Shown: positions 21,804 to 31,846 of the stretch, piece by piece
Numbering within the stretch: the first letter of the stretch is position 1
How the letters are laid out: each line of letters starts with the position of its first letter
Assembly (NCBI GenBank): GCA_024280775.1
Contig: JAJRPM010000015.1
Coordinates: 4,599 to 68,598 of the forward strand
Reading direction: 5' to 3'
From: Candidatus Zixiibacteriota bacterium
GTDB taxonomy: Bacteria > Zixibacteria > MSB-5A5 > GN15 > JACZUZ01
DNA: 64,000 bases
Notes under the pieces: generated by a model
The model's database searches: none
Told to the model about the DNA's origin: nothing
What the model saw: the letters and a program-made list of their open reading frames with translations, nothing else
Translations under genes and position numbers: made by a program

Positions 21804-22571
21804 TCAGGAGGTTACTTTTCCAAATCGTCGCTCGCGCCCCAAGTAATCTTCTACTCCATCGAGAAACTCATCTTCGCCGAAATCCGGCCAAAGGGTGTCT
21901 GTCAGGTATAGCTCAGTGTAACTGGTCTGCCAAAGCAGAAAATTGGAAAGCCTTCGCTCACCTGAGGTGCGAATCAGTAAATCCGGATCGGGTAGCCCTG
22001 CAGTATAGAGGAACTCGGAAAACTTGCTTTCGTCAAGCTGGTCAATATCGACTTTGCCATCAAGCGCGGCCTTGCAAAGGGCCTTGACTGCATCAAGAAT
22101 CTCAACCCTTCCTCCGTAGCTCAAAGCCAAATTCAAAGTTAAACCATCGTTAGAAGCCGTCCTTCGGATTGCATCCTGCAGAACTTTGCGCCGAATGTAA
22201 GGAATATCCTGAAACCTGCCAGTGACTATCAACCTGACATTATTCCTCACTAGATCATCGATTTCCTGCAATGTAGACCGGGAAAGAAGCGACATCAGAG
22301 CCTCTACTTCCTCTTTGGGGCGCTTCCAGTTCTCCTGAGAAAATGTAAATAGTGTCAAGTACTTCACACCCAACTCCGAAGCCACTTGCACAACACGCTT
22401 AACAGCCTTGACTCCAGCCTCGTGGCCGTCCTTGCGCTGAAGACCACGCGCGCCAGCCCACCTGCCGTTGCCATCCATGATAATAGCCACATGCGCCGGT
22501 ATCTTATCCACCCCGCCAGCGGCTTTCAAACGAGCGATTCGCTCAGCGTGTTTTGTCTGAACTTCAACCAT
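21804..22571 (-). CDS. uppS: Undecaprenyl diphosphate synthase
   Basis: HVAIIMDGNGRWA, FSQENWKRP, IRTSGERRLSNFLLWQ. Confidence 0.97.
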   Translation of the reverse strand: MVEVQTKHAERIARLKAAGGVDKIPAHVAIIMDGNGRWAGARGLQRKDGHEAGVKAVKRVVQVASELGVKYLTLFTFSQENWKRPKEEVEALMSLLSRSTLQEIDDLVRNNVRLIVTGRFQDIPYIRRKVLQDAIRRTASNDGLTLNLALSYGGRVEILDAVKALCKAALDGKVDIDQLDESKFSEFLYTAGLPDPDLLIRTSGERRLSNFLLWQTSYTELYLTDTLWPDFGEDEFLDGVEDYLGRERRFGKVTS

Positions 22572-22635
22572 ATTCTCTTACAGCATTTTCTTATAAAATT
22601 TTCTTGCAGAATTTTCTTGTAGAATTTTCTTACAA
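22571..22635. repeat. Five imperfect 13-nt tandem repeats over the uppS start region
   Basis: tattctcttacag/cattttcttataa/aattttcttgcag/aattttcttgtag/aattttcttacaa. Confidence 0.8.
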
Positions 22636-22814
22636 CTACGTATTCTCTATCTAAAGGCAATTCGACTTCCACCGGCCGGAATCTCCCGCCGATTTCACAC
22701 TTCAAATAGTAGTCTCCCAAACCAACCGGGGCAAGGCAAAACCCCCTGTTGCTGTCGCTTTTGATCTTGAATTTACCATTTCCATCATGGCTCTACTCGA
22801 TGCGCGAGAATCTC

Positions 22815-23516
22815 TCATAATTCATCTAGAAATTTTAGGTTAAGGAGAATAGTCTCGCGGATTTCATATCGATTCTCCCAAAAACCTATTTCGCTAAACT
22901 GCTCAACAATCTTCGCCGGAATAGTGTAGCCCATGATAGTCTGATAGGATGTCTCTCTTGAATATCTAGTGTTGCTGTTCTGGGAACGAATGAGCAATGT
23001 CACATAGCAAAGGACACCTGTAGTCCTGTCCAATGTCAAAACACCGCTGGAACCAAGTTGACTAAGCCCCCCGCTCTCAGAAAGAGAATCATAAGAAACC
23101 GCAATATCACCGGTTCCGGGATCATTGGGGAACAATGAATACACGAATTTGCCTTCCCATGACGGTTTGGTGAAACAAGCCGGCAACACTGGCTTATCAT
23201 CGACAAAAGAGCTGCGCAACACGATCATCGAATCCGGAGCTAGCGAGTCCGATAACGCACTGGCGTTCGGTGAGAAAAATAGACGAACAACAGCTGTGTC
23301 CAATTGTAAAGTATCTAAATTCGCCGCCAGTGTATAGCGACGGACAATCACCGTAATCCCGAAAGAACTATCAGCAAACCGGACATCGCGCTTGTGAAAG
23401 ACTTCACTTGCTGTCTCCACATAGTAACGCGCTAACGCTTCGGTGTGACTCTCCTCTGCGAAAGCTGACGATGAGGCGCCCACAACAAGCAAGAGATATG
23501 CTGGCCCCTTCACCAT
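22815..23516 (-). CDS. Hypothetical exported protein
   Basis: Long ORF filling the gap; signal-peptide-like MVKGPAYLLLVVGASSSAFA; start uncertain (ORF is open to 23606). Confidence 0.6.
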   Translation of the reverse strand: MVKGPAYLLLVVGASSSAFAEESHTEALARYYVETASEVFHKRDVRFADSSFGITVIVRRYTLAANLDTLQLDTAVVRLFFSPNASALSDSLAPDSMIVLRSSFVDDKPVLPACFTKPSWEGKFVYSLFPNDPGTGDIAVSYDSLSESGGLSQLGSSGVLTLDRTTGVLCYVTLLIRSQNSNTRYSRETSYQTIMGYTIPAKIVEQFSEIGFWENRYEIRETILLNLKFLDEL

Positions 23517-24006
23517 TCCAGCGAGGCTGAACAATCGCGCAAAAACGGAATTACTTTTGGTTTTTCTTCTAATATGAAGCAACAAAATCACCTTCTCTAT
23601 TGCCATTGACGCAGACTAATTAACGCGCAACACCATGCGTTACAGCTCTTTATACACTCTAACAGTTCAATTGACCCCTGTAAATAATTCAGCGGCGCTC
23701 AAGAAAAGTTTTATATTGCGCGTCGCATTTGCGAATTATTAGTTATATTAACATAAAGGAGGAGGTCTACTCCCTTCCGCGAATCATATCTTGTATTGCA
23801 ACCTTGACGTGTGGCCAGTTTAAGTGAGCGGGTGAGTTGGGCATTTCTTGATGCGCCATATTTCTCGGCGCTCTTCTTTGTGTTCGCGCCATGTTCACGC
23901 TCTCTTGTGCGCATAGTGTTGTACTTTTGTTGTACGAATACGAGTCGAAAAACAAGCCCATGCTGTTGCAATACGCGCGCAAGCGCAAAACCCTCTGGAG
24001 ATATTT

Positions 24007-24456
24007 ATGCAAGTCAAAGATGTCTTGAAGAACAAAACCCTTCGATCTATTACTATCCATCCGGAAAAAACTCTTAGGTCTGCAATGGGATTGATGATTG
24101 AGAACAAGATCGGCGCTTTGCCGGTGATGTGTGACGATGGCGGACTTGTCGGAATCGTCACCGAGCGTGATTTGTTTCGCTACTGTTACCATAACAAAGG
24201 GCTGGACTCAAGCGCTGTCGTCGCTGACACAATGACCCAGGAACTAATAGTCGGTGTGCCTGATGACAACTTGGACTACATCGCCAGAATCATGACTAAG
24301 AATCGTATTCGCCACGTACCTATTGTCGAAGAAGAGCGATTGGTCGGAATCGTTTCAATTGGCGATGTCATCAAGGCCAGACTCGAAGATGTTTCTGTTA
24401 CGAATCGCTACTTGATGGAATACATCAACGGCGGACCGGCGCTGGGCCTTTTCTAA
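24007..24456 (+). CDS. CBS-domain pair protein
   Basis: IGALPV..GIVTERD and IRHVPIV..GIVSIGDV; GGAG RBS. Confidence 0.92.
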   Translation: MQVKDVLKNKTLRSITIHPEKTLRSAMGLMIENKIGALPVMCDDGGLVGIVTERDLFRYCYHNKGLDSSAVVADTMTQELIVGVPDDNLDYIARIMTKNRIRHVPIVEEERLVGIVSIGDVIKARLEDVSVTNRYLMEYINGGPALGLF

Positions 24457-24544
24457 ATAGACACCAGAGACAAAAAGACTCAAGAAAGGAAACAACATTC
24501 TCTTAAAAAACCCCGAAGATTCGCAAAGGTTCTCTAGGATTCGC

Positions 24545-25102
24545 TTAGACCGACATTACTTCTTTTTCTTTTGAGTTCACCAATGCGTCTAGTGTCTCGC
24601 AATGTCCATCAGTGACCTTTTGCACATCGTTCATCGCATCATGCATCAAGTCGCTGGTTATATCTTTATCTTTTTCCAACTTCTTAAGATTGTCGTTGGC
24701 GTCACGTCTGATATTGCGAAGCGCAACCTTGCCGTCTTCGGCAACCTTCTTCGCGAGTCTCACCAAATCACGACGTCTTTCTTCATTGAGAGGCGGAACC
24801 GGAACACGCACTACTTCGCCTTCGACCTGCGGATTCAATCCCAGGTCTTCCTGCTGAATTGCCTTGACAATATCCCCAATCAACGACTTATCCCAGGGCT
24901 GAACAACCAACGAATGTGCATCCGGCGCCGAAACCGAGGCAACCTGATTTAGAGGGCTTTGCTGGCCATAGGATTCTACTCGCACAGTCTCCAACAAATT
25001 CACACTGGCCTTACCCGTACGAATCGCCGCTAGCTCATGTTTGACAGACTCAACTGTCTTGTCCATCCGAGCTTTGCTTTCCGCTACTATTTCCTTTTGC
25101 AT
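24545..25102 (-). CDS. frr: Ribosome recycling factor
   Basis: IRTGKA, LGLNP, PPLNEERR, RNIRRDA. Confidence 0.97.
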   Translation of the reverse strand: MQKEIVAESKARMDKTVESVKHELAAIRTGKASVNLLETVRVESYGQQSPLNQVASVSAPDAHSLVVQPWDKSLIGDIVKAIQQEDLGLNPQVEGEVVRVPVPPLNEERRRDLVRLAKKVAEDGKVALRNIRRDANDNLKKLEKDKDITSDLMHDAMNDVQKVTDGHCETLDALVNSKEKEVMSV

Positions 25103-25165
25103 CGCGTCCTCCTGTCAGTTCGGTTTTGCTTTGAAGAAGTTCACTACAACTTGCTGTTTACAATC

Positions 25166-25891
25166 TTAGTGTTTTTCGCTTGAAACAAGAGTCCCGATTT
25201 GTTCACCTTGAATCAAACGCATCAAATTTCCTTCTCGCAACATATTAAAAACTAGAATCGGTGTATTGTTCTCGCGGGCCAATGAAATCGCAGTGGCGTC
25301 CATTACTCGCAAATCATTCTTGAGAACATCCATAAATGTCAGATTAGTATACAACTCAGCGCCAGAATCTTTCTCCGGATCACTGGAGTAGACACCATCA
25401 ACCCTTGTACCCTTAATCAGCACATCGGCCTCAATTTCGGCGGCTCTTAGTGATGCCGCTGTATCAGTAGTAAAAAACGGGTTGCCGGTTCCGGCTACAA
25501 ATATTATCAAACGGCCCTTTTCAAGATGTCGCATTGCGCGACGCTTGATATAACCCTCAGCTAATTCCTCCATACGAATAGCGGACATAACACGCGTTGG
25601 CACCCCCATGGATTCAAAAGAACTCTGCAGGGCCAAACCGTTCATTACCGTTGCCAGCATTCCCATTTGGTCACCGGTAACCCGGTCTATGCCGTTCTTG
25701 GTGGCCGCTAGTCCACGGAAGATATTGCCACCACCAATAACAATTGCGATTTCGACACCCCAATCACGAACCGCTTTGACCTGCTGGCAAATTGAAGTCA
25801 CCGTTTGCGGGTCAATATTGATACCGCGCTCACCAAGGAGCGCTTCACCTGAAAGTTTGAGTAAAACTCGCTTAAACCTAACTTTGGACAT
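25166..25891 (-). CDS. pyrH: UMP kinase
   Basis: [31 protein letters not shown]. Confidence 0.97.
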   Translation of the reverse strand: MSKVRFKRVLLKLSGEALLGERGINIDPQTVTSICQQVKAVRDWGVEIAIVIGGGNIFRGLAATKNGIDRVTGDQMGMLATVMNGLALQSSFESMGVPTRVMSAIRMEELAEGYIKRRAMRHLEKGRLIIFVAGTGNPFFTTDTAASLRAAEIEADVLIKGTRVDGVYSSDPEKDSGAELYTNLTFMDVLKNDLRVMDATAISLARENNTPILVFNMLREGNLMRLIQGEQIGTLVSSEKH

Positions 25892-25980
25892 AGGCTCCGC
25901 CTGTTAAACGCATTAGCTGTAAAAGAATAGCGCGAAATAAACACGCCACTACCTGACGCATGATTCGCTCTATATATAGC

Positions 25981-26010
25981 AAGACCGGCCTGATATTTCA
26001 AGCCGGTCTT
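25981..26010 (-). terminator. Hairpin after tsf (possible terminator or attenuator)
   Basis: AAGACCGGC/GCCGGTCTT stem; no clear U-tract. Confidence 0.4.
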
Positions 26011-26072
26011 GAAGCAAATCAATGATTTGCGAATCCGAATCAGTAATCTGAGATGTAAAAGTAATGTTGCTC

Positions 26073-26957
26073 TTACGATACCTCGCCTAGAACAAATCGA
26101 GCAAACCTGGTGACAGTAACTCCCTCACCCACTTCCGCCGATTTGCTCTTTAGCAGTTCGCTAACAGTCACATCCGGGTCCTTAACAAAGGACTGCTCAA
26201 GCAAACTGACTTCCCCGAAAAACTTGTCGATTTTGCCGTTGACAATCTTATCGACAATTTTCTCCGGCTTGCCCTCGTTGAGAGCCTGTTGACGATAGAT
26301 TTCACGCTCTTTTTCAATCACTGCTTGATCAAGCTCATCACGACTCACCGCCTGAGGGCCGGTTGCCGCAACATGCATAGCAATATCGCGTGAAAGCGCC
26401 TTGAAGGTGTCGGAATCAGAAGAAGTTACATTTGCGAACTCGATTACAACACCGAGTTTATCACCGGGGTGCACATAGGTCGACAAGGCGCCATTTTCCG
26501 GCGCCTCGAATTTCGCAACCCGTCGGACAAGCATATTTTCACCAAGTTTGGAGAAAAGCTCTTTCAAAGCGAATTCCACTGAAATTTCGGGCTTATTCTT
26601 GAATGGGCGGGCCAAGAACTCCTCTAAGCTCTCGGGGACCTTCTCCTCAGCGACCTGATTGGCAAGGGTTTCGCAGAACGCCACGAAATCATCAGTACGC
26701 GCTACAAAATCGGTTTCACAACCAACTTCGACCACAGCGCCACTGCGAGAATCTGACGATATAACAGTGGTAACCCGGCCTTCGGTAGTTTCGCGACCGA
26801 CTTTTCCAGCAGCCTTGGCAATACCTTTTTCACGAAGGAAGTCCACTGCCTTATCAAAATCACCATCGGTCTCTACCAGAGCCCTCTTGCAATCCATCAT
26901 CCCCGCGCCTGACCTCACGCGCAGGTCTTTCACCATACTCGCTGTAATTTGAACCAT
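26073..26957 (-). CDS. tsf: Elongation factor Ts
   Basis: GAGMMDCKRAL, CETDFVAR, AMHVAA, KPEKIVDKI. Confidence 0.97.
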   Translation of the reverse strand: MVQITASMVKDLRVRSGAGMMDCKRALVETDGDFDKAVDFLREKGIAKAAGKVGRETTEGRVTTVISSDSRSGAVVEVGCETDFVARTDDFVAFCETLANQVAEEKVPESLEEFLARPFKNKPEISVEFALKELFSKLGENMLVRRVAKFEAPENGALSTYVHPGDKLGVVIEFANVTSSDSDTFKALSRDIAMHVAATGPQAVSRDELDQAVIEKEREIYRQQALNEGKPEKIVDKIVNGKIDKFFGEVSLLEQSFVKDPDVTVSELLKSKSAEVGEGVTVTRFARFVLGEVS

Positions 26958-27118
26958 AATATGCGCTGCTTTCTCAAAAAATGTTTTGTTTCTCGACTAT
27001 CCTGTTGGCTTGGACTACTGCTAGCTTCGCCTAAAGACTACAAGGCGACATACAGTCTAATCGTTGCTTCAAATTGCTATTACTGCAATATCTTTACGAA
27101 CAAGTTGTTGATTCAGAA

Positions 27119-27892
27119 TCAACCGGTTTGCTCTCCACCGGCGGGAGCGGAAGTCGCGGCGACTGAAAAGCCGTTCTCACTTTCCTCGCTAACCATCTCT
27201 TCAACGCTAGTCTTATTCTTTGCGGCCAGCGCGGCGTCAACTAATTCGTGGAGAATCACCCGAATTGACTTGATAGCGTCATCATTCGCGGCAATTGGAA
27301 AATCAATAGGGTCAGGATCAGCATTGGTGTCAAGAATCGCAATAATAGGGATTCCCAAACGACGGCCCTCGGCGACAGCAATACTTTCCTTCTTAGCGTC
27401 CACTACCAAAATCAAACCCGGCAGGTGAGTCATTTCTTTGATGCCACCGAGCACACGCTCAAGCTTCAAATACTCGCGCTCTTTGATAGCGCGCTCTTTC
27501 TTGGTGAATTTTTCCAGCGTACCATCTTCTTTCATTTGCTCGAACTCTTTGAGCTTTTTGATGGAACGCTTAATGGTGTCAAAATTGGTGAGCATACCGC
27601 CCAACCAACGATGAGCGATAAAATACTGTCCGGCGCGTATAGCCTCTTCTTTGACTACCCCGGATGCCTGTTTCTTGGTGCCTACGAAAAGCACCGAACG
27701 GCCACGTTGTAAAACTTCGGTAATCTTGCGCTTGGCTTCATCGATTGCCACAAGAGTTTTCTTGAGGTCAATAATGTAAATGCCGTTGCGGGCTGTGAAG
27801 ATGAAAGGCTTCATTTTCGGATTCCAGCGACGTGTCTGGTGACCGAAATGAACTCCTGCTTCCAAAAGAGTCTTAATCCTCGGATCAATCAT
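27119..27892 (-). CDS. rpsB: 30S ribosomal protein S2
   Basis: LLEAGVHFGH, WNPKM, RWLGGMLTN, ANDDA. Confidence 0.98.
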   Translation of the reverse strand: MIDPRIKTLLEAGVHFGHQTRRWNPKMKPFIFTARNGIYIIDLKKTLVAIDEAKRKITEVLQRGRSVLFVGTKKQASGVVKEEAIRAGQYFIAHRWLGGMLTNFDTIKRSIKKLKEFEQMKEDGTLEKFTKKERAIKEREYLKLERVLGGIKEMTHLPGLILVVDAKKESIAVAEGRRLGIPIIAILDTNADPDPIDFPIAANDDAIKSIRVILHELVDAALAAKNKTSVEEMVSEESENGFSVAATSAPAGGEQTG

Positions 27893-27914
27893 GTGTTACA
27901 CCTACGATTTGTGA

Positions 27915-28016
27915 AACGGTTGTTTACTTTGCTCCCTCAATCTTCCTTTAGCGGGACCCACGGTCACTTGGAGAATAACATTCAAGTGACGCAATGAGCA
28001 CCTCCGCGCAAAGTCC
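27915..28016 (-). promoter_or_regulatory. Putative rpsB (S2) autoregulatory leader RNA
   Basis: Outer ACTTTGC/GCAAAGT stem, inner GTCACTTG/CAAGTGAC hairpin flanked by GGUGC and GGGU on the minus strand, in the rpsB 5' UTR. Confidence 0.55.
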
Positions 28017-28160
28017 CGAAGAAGCGCCTATTTTGCCGAGCGCCATATACAAACCATATATAATATGGCGCTCTGCCTCTATTTCAACTCTTAGGCCAGC
28101 CGATTTAGCTCAGAAAACTGAACCCGGCCAACCCAACAGGTGATCTCAATTCTAAACGGC

Positions 28161-28553
28161 TTAACGCTTGGAGAACTGGAATTTCTTACGCGCTTTCGGC
28201 TGTCCGTATTTCTTACGCTCAACCTCACGAGCGTCACGAGTCAAAAACCCGCCAGACCTCAGCTTCGGACGTAAATCCGGGTCAATCAAACTCAACCCGC
28301 GAGCCAAAGCTAAAGAAATAGCCCCGGCCTGACCGGCAAGTCCACCGCCGTTTACGCTGCAGATAATATCCAGTTTTCCCATCGTCTCAGTCACTTCCAT
28401 CGGACGTTGACTGAGATCAACTAATACCTGGCGTTTCAGATACTGCAACGGCTCACTTCCATTGATGCTAAATGAACCGGAGCCGACTTTTATCCTCGCG
28501 CGACAAACCGACGTCTTGCGTCGACCTGTTGCCTCTGATGCAGTGGTACTCAT
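28161..28553 (-). CDS. rpsI: 30S ribosomal protein S9
   Basis: TGRRK, GGG..GQAGA, LTRD.R.VERKK.G, QFSKR. Confidence 0.97.
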   Translation of the reverse strand: MSTTASEATGRRKTSVCRARIKVGSGSFSINGSEPLQYLKRQVLVDLSQRPMEVTETMGKLDIICSVNGGGLAGQAGAISLALARGLSLIDPDLRPKLRSGGFLTRDAREVERKKYGQPKARKKFQFSKR

Positions 28554-28604
28554 ATTCTGTTTCTTGTCCTTCTTATATACTTAGCGGCGACCATTAAGGC
28601 GAGC

Positions 28605-28636
28605 GCCTACTTCTTATTCTGCCTACTTCTTATTCT
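28605..28636. repeat. Perfect 16-nt tandem duplication in the rplM-rpsI spacer
   Basis: gcctacttcttattct x2. Confidence 0.85.
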
Positions 28637-28678
28637 CTAGTATCGTCTTTGAACAATCCGCAATCATCGAACCATCGC

Positions 28679-29137
28679 CTAGGCGAAAGTCAGCTTCTCT
28701 GGCTGTTGAGCCTCATGCGGATGATCAGTCCCGGCGTATACATGCAATTTCCTGAACATGCTACGACCCAGCCTGGTCTTCGGAAGCATACCACGCACTG
28801 CATGCTCAAAAATACGCTCAGGGTGCTTAGACCGCATTTTCTCAAGAGCAACTTCAGACAGTCCACCCGGATAACCTGAATAGCGATAGTACTTAATGCT
28901 CTTTTCTTTATCGCCACTCACTTTTACTTTTTCGGCGTTTATCACTACAACATGATCGCCCACATCCATATGCGGAGTATAAATAGGCTTGTTCTTGCCG
29001 TGCAGAATATCTGCGACCTTGGTAGCTGTGCGGCCAAGGGTGACTCCTTCTAAATCGACAATCCACCACTTTTTGTTATTGTGATCGACTTTCGGCAAAA
29101 ATGTTTTGCCTGATTTTGTTGCGACGCTTGAACTCAT
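28679..29137 (-). CDS. rplM: 50S ribosomal protein L13
   Basis: LGR.AT, GKNKP.YTPH.D.GD, SGYPGGL, GMLPK. Confidence 0.97.
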   Translation of the reverse strand: MSSSVATKSGKTFLPKVDHNNKKWWIVDLEGVTLGRTATKVADILHGKNKPIYTPHMDVGDHVVVINAEKVKVSGDKEKSIKYYRYSGYPGGLSEVALEKMRSKHPERIFEHAVRGMLPKTRLGRSMFRKLHVYAGTDHPHEAQQPEKLTFA

Positions 29138-29305
29138 AATTTCTTACCTGATAACCACTTAAGTAACTTGTCCCCGGCTCATAAAACGTCAGTCCGTGGA
29201 CATATTTCCACATCTATTTCTTCTTAATTCTGATATGGCCTGCAGAGTCGAAATACTCCATACCACACCATCTCCTCGACAAGACACCCCGTCAGAGGAA
29301 CGCCA

Positions 29306-29333
29306 AATATATAGTGAAATCTTTGCCTGTCAA
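29306..29333 (-). promoter_or_regulatory. sigma70 promoter upstream of rplM
   Basis: Minus strand TTGACA-16 nt-TATATT. Confidence 0.55.
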
Positions 29334-29459
29334 GGGATTATTGCGCTAATAGCCATAACATACGCTTTTTCTTAGCTCAAGAGTAAAAACGCTATCCGGC
29401 GCCAGCTCTCTTCGCGCTAATCCAGTATACATCAGCAGATTACAGCACATTTGCGGAAT

Positions 29460-30191
29460 CTAAGCTGAGATCGCTTCGAACATGCCCCCGACCTTCTTGT
29501 CCTGTGCATTGCGCACCAGGTGTAGTTTGAATCGTGAATCAAAAGCCCCGCCGGAGCATGAACCGCAGGAAGTCTCCCGCAGACGCTTCTGACGCGGGTA
29601 TTGGGCCTTGCAGGCTGGACATTGATATAGATAGCGAGGCTCCCGCTTCAAATCGGGATGAAACTTGGCATGAACCGAGACTCCCAGCTCCGCGGCCTTG
29701 GCCTTGAAGCGTTTGTCATGATGAAAATGAACTAAATGGATCATCTCATGTTTGAGCGTGTCCTCTAACTCCTCACGGAAAATCCGGTGATAACGAACGC
29801 CAATCTTGATCCTGCGCCGCACAGGTTCACACGAACCTGCGGCAAGCATTCGAGTTGAATACTCAATAGTCGGTTTCGGCAGAGCGCTGTCAAAATGGAT
29901 AGAGTTATATAGGTCAAAGAGTCGATACAATTCCTCAATAGTGGGCAACTCGCCAAAACGATGAGTAGATTGCGGCCTAGGGTCGGGAGTTGATGGAACA
30001 ACACGCAACTCTTCACGGACTTTGGCCAATTCAGCCGCTGGAATATCCGGCGAATCCGAGCGAACCCATTGGATATTCTCAAACAAGTCATAGTTGATAA
30101 GCCGCGACAGATTGCGTAGGATCCCCGCCTTGCCTCTCTTGCGCGAACTAGCCGGGCTTGATGTTCTTCTTTTCCTGGTGACCTTTATCAT
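29460..30191 (-). CDS. SprT-like zinc metalloprotease with zinc ribbon
   Basis: HEMIH (HExxH), H...F, CxxC..CxxC. Confidence 0.85.
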   Translation of the reverse strand: MIKVTRKRRTSSPASSRKRGKAGILRNLSRLINYDLFENIQWVRSDSPDIPAAELAKVREELRVVPSTPDPRPQSTHRFGELPTIEELYRLFDLYNSIHFDSALPKPTIEYSTRMLAAGSCEPVRRRIKIGVRYHRIFREELEDTLKHEMIHLVHFHHDKRFKAKAAELGVSVHAKFHPDLKREPRYLYQCPACKAQYPRQKRLRETSCGSCSGGAFDSRFKLHLVRNAQDKKVGGMFEAISA

Positions 30192-30196
30192 TGCGA

Positions 30197-31228
30197 CTAT
30201 TTCCTCCCCCCGGGAATCACTCCCCTGTCGGTGATGAATGCGCTAATCAATTCCTTGGGCGTGATATCAAAGGCCGGCGAATAAACATCAATCCCCTCCG
30301 GCGCCGTCTGTGCGCTAAACCCGCAGGTGACTTCCTTTGAGTCACGGAGCTCAATCAGCTCATCAGACAATCGGGGTAATGACCTATCAAAAGTTGTCTC
30401 TGGAGCCGCGATGTAGAAGGGTATCCCATGCGCTTGCGCGAGTATGGCCAAAGTGTATGTGCCAATCTTGTTGGCCGTGTCACCATTCTCGGCAATCCTA
30501 TCGGCTCCCGCAACAACAAAATCTATCTCCCCTTTTTTCATCAAGGCGCCTGCGACACTATCTACAATCAGTGTCACATTGATTCCCGCCTGTTGTAACT
30601 CCCAGCAAGTTAGCCGCGAGCCCTGCAACAAGGGTCGCGTTTCGCAAGAGTAAACCCTTTTCAACTTCCCCTGCTCTTTAGCGACATACAAAACCCCCAA
30701 AGCAGTTCCTATCCCTCCGGTGGCCAGCGCTCCGGCGTTACATATAGTCAAAGCTGTCGAACCGTTTGGAATCAGCTCTGCGCCAAAGGAGCCAATCGCA
30801 TCGCACATTTGACGGTCTCTTTCATGAATCTCACTAGCTGACCCCAAAAGACGCGCCACAAGTTTTTCATCGACTATATCACCGGCGACGATTCTGTTTT
30901 CTGCAAATATCTCACGCTGGACCTTCACCGCATAAGAAAGATTCACAGCCGTAGGACGCGCCGATTCAATCTCATCGAGCGCTTTGCCCAGGAACTCACA
31001 ACGTAGCGCCGCATCCAACTTCAACGATTCTACAGCGACCAAAACCGCCGCATAAGCCCCTGCAATCCCAATTGCCGGAGCCCCGCGCACAGCCAAAGTC
31101 TTTATTGCCTCTATCACACCGTGGTAAGACTCCAACTCAAGATGCACCAGCTCCACCGGTAACATAGTCTGATCGACAATTCGCAACTTCTCATCAGACC
31201 ATTCAATGGCCTTTACTACATCTCTCAC
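30197..31228 (-). CDS. mtnA: S-methyl-5-thioribose-1-phosphate isomerase
   Basis: VRGAPAIG, RPTAVNL, CNAGALAT, ETRPLLQGSRLT, NKIGT, PAFDITP. Confidence 0.95.
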   Translation of the reverse strand: MRDVVKAIEWSDEKLRIVDQTMLPVELVHLELESYHGVIEAIKTLAVRGAPAIGIAGAYAAVLVAVESLKLDAALRCEFLGKALDEIESARPTAVNLSYAVKVQREIFAENRIVAGDIVDEKLVARLLGSASEIHERDRQMCDAIGSFGAELIPNGSTALTICNAGALATGGIGTALGVLYVAKEQGKLKRVYSCETRPLLQGSRLTCWELQQAGINVTLIVDSVAGALMKKGEIDFVVAGADRIAENGDTANKIGTYTLAILAQAHGIPFYIAAPETTFDRSLPRLSDELIELRDSKEVTCGFSAQTAPEGIDVYSPAFDITPKELISAFITDRGVIPGGRK

Positions 31229-31350
31229 CAGTCACACCTCAAAACAATATTCATATCCATCGACACACGACTAACTACAACTAGAGTATATCATCACGAT
31301 TCAATAGAATCACCAAAAAACCACACAACACCTCACCGCACGGCGCTTCC

Positions 31351-31741
31351 AGTCATTGCGAGGAGAAAGGCGCAAAGCGCCTATCGACGCGGCAATCCCG
31401 TCGATGCAAAGCAGTTCTACGAATCCAAGGGATTGCCGCGCTTCGCTCGCAATGACTTCTAGGTGCCCGTTTCCACCATTGAGTCATTGCGAGGAGTCAT
31501 GCGCAAAGCGCGAGACGACGCGGCAATCCGGCAGACTCAAGTCAACTCTCATCTTCGCAACCTGTCACTCTGAGCGAAGCCAAAGAGTCTTCTTCCGGTT
31601 CATCCTGCTAACACCCGTCAAGATACTTCGCTACGCATGACATCAGTTTGCTATTTTGCATGGTATCAATGCGGCAATCCCGTCGATGTTAGGCAGTCCC
31701 TTGAATCAACGGGGATTGCCGCGCTTCGCTCGCAATGACTC
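31351..31741. repeat. Cluster of REP-like palindromic elements
   Basis: GTCATTGCGAG...GCGGCAATCC / GGATTGCCGCG...CTCGCAATGAC units at 31351-31457, 31481-31529 and 31671-31741; a different TGTCAxTCTGAGCGAAGC..AGAT.CTTCGCT..CATGACA element at 31563-31642. Confidence 0.85.
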
Positions 31742-31765
31742 GTGTTCAGGAGGGCGAAAGATAGG

Positions 31766-31805
31766 CACAAAAAAAGGAAGCTCTCAAGTGAGAGCTTCCT
31801 TTGTG
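31766..31805 (-). terminator. Rho-independent terminator of fliC
   Basis: AAAGGAAGCTCTC-aagt-GAGAGCTTCCTTT hairpin ending in a T7 run on the minus strand. Confidence 0.88.
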
Positions 31806-31846
31806 AAACTATGCTACTATTCAAATAATGATTATCTGAACAATGC

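Noticed and set aside
23711-24192. Several short ORFs between the hypothetical gene and the CBS gene
   Set aside because: Mutually overlapping with no protein-like features; likely a divergent promoter region. No riboswitch consensus was recognised.
26016-26030. IHF-like AATCAA-TGAT-TTG site between tsf and pyrH
   Set aside because: Short degenerate motif expected by chance, with no supporting context.
31351-31741. Repeat cluster as a CRISPR array or tRNA
   Set aside because: Units are inverted and nested with irregular spacing, there are no cas genes, and no cloverleaf or T-loop motif is present.
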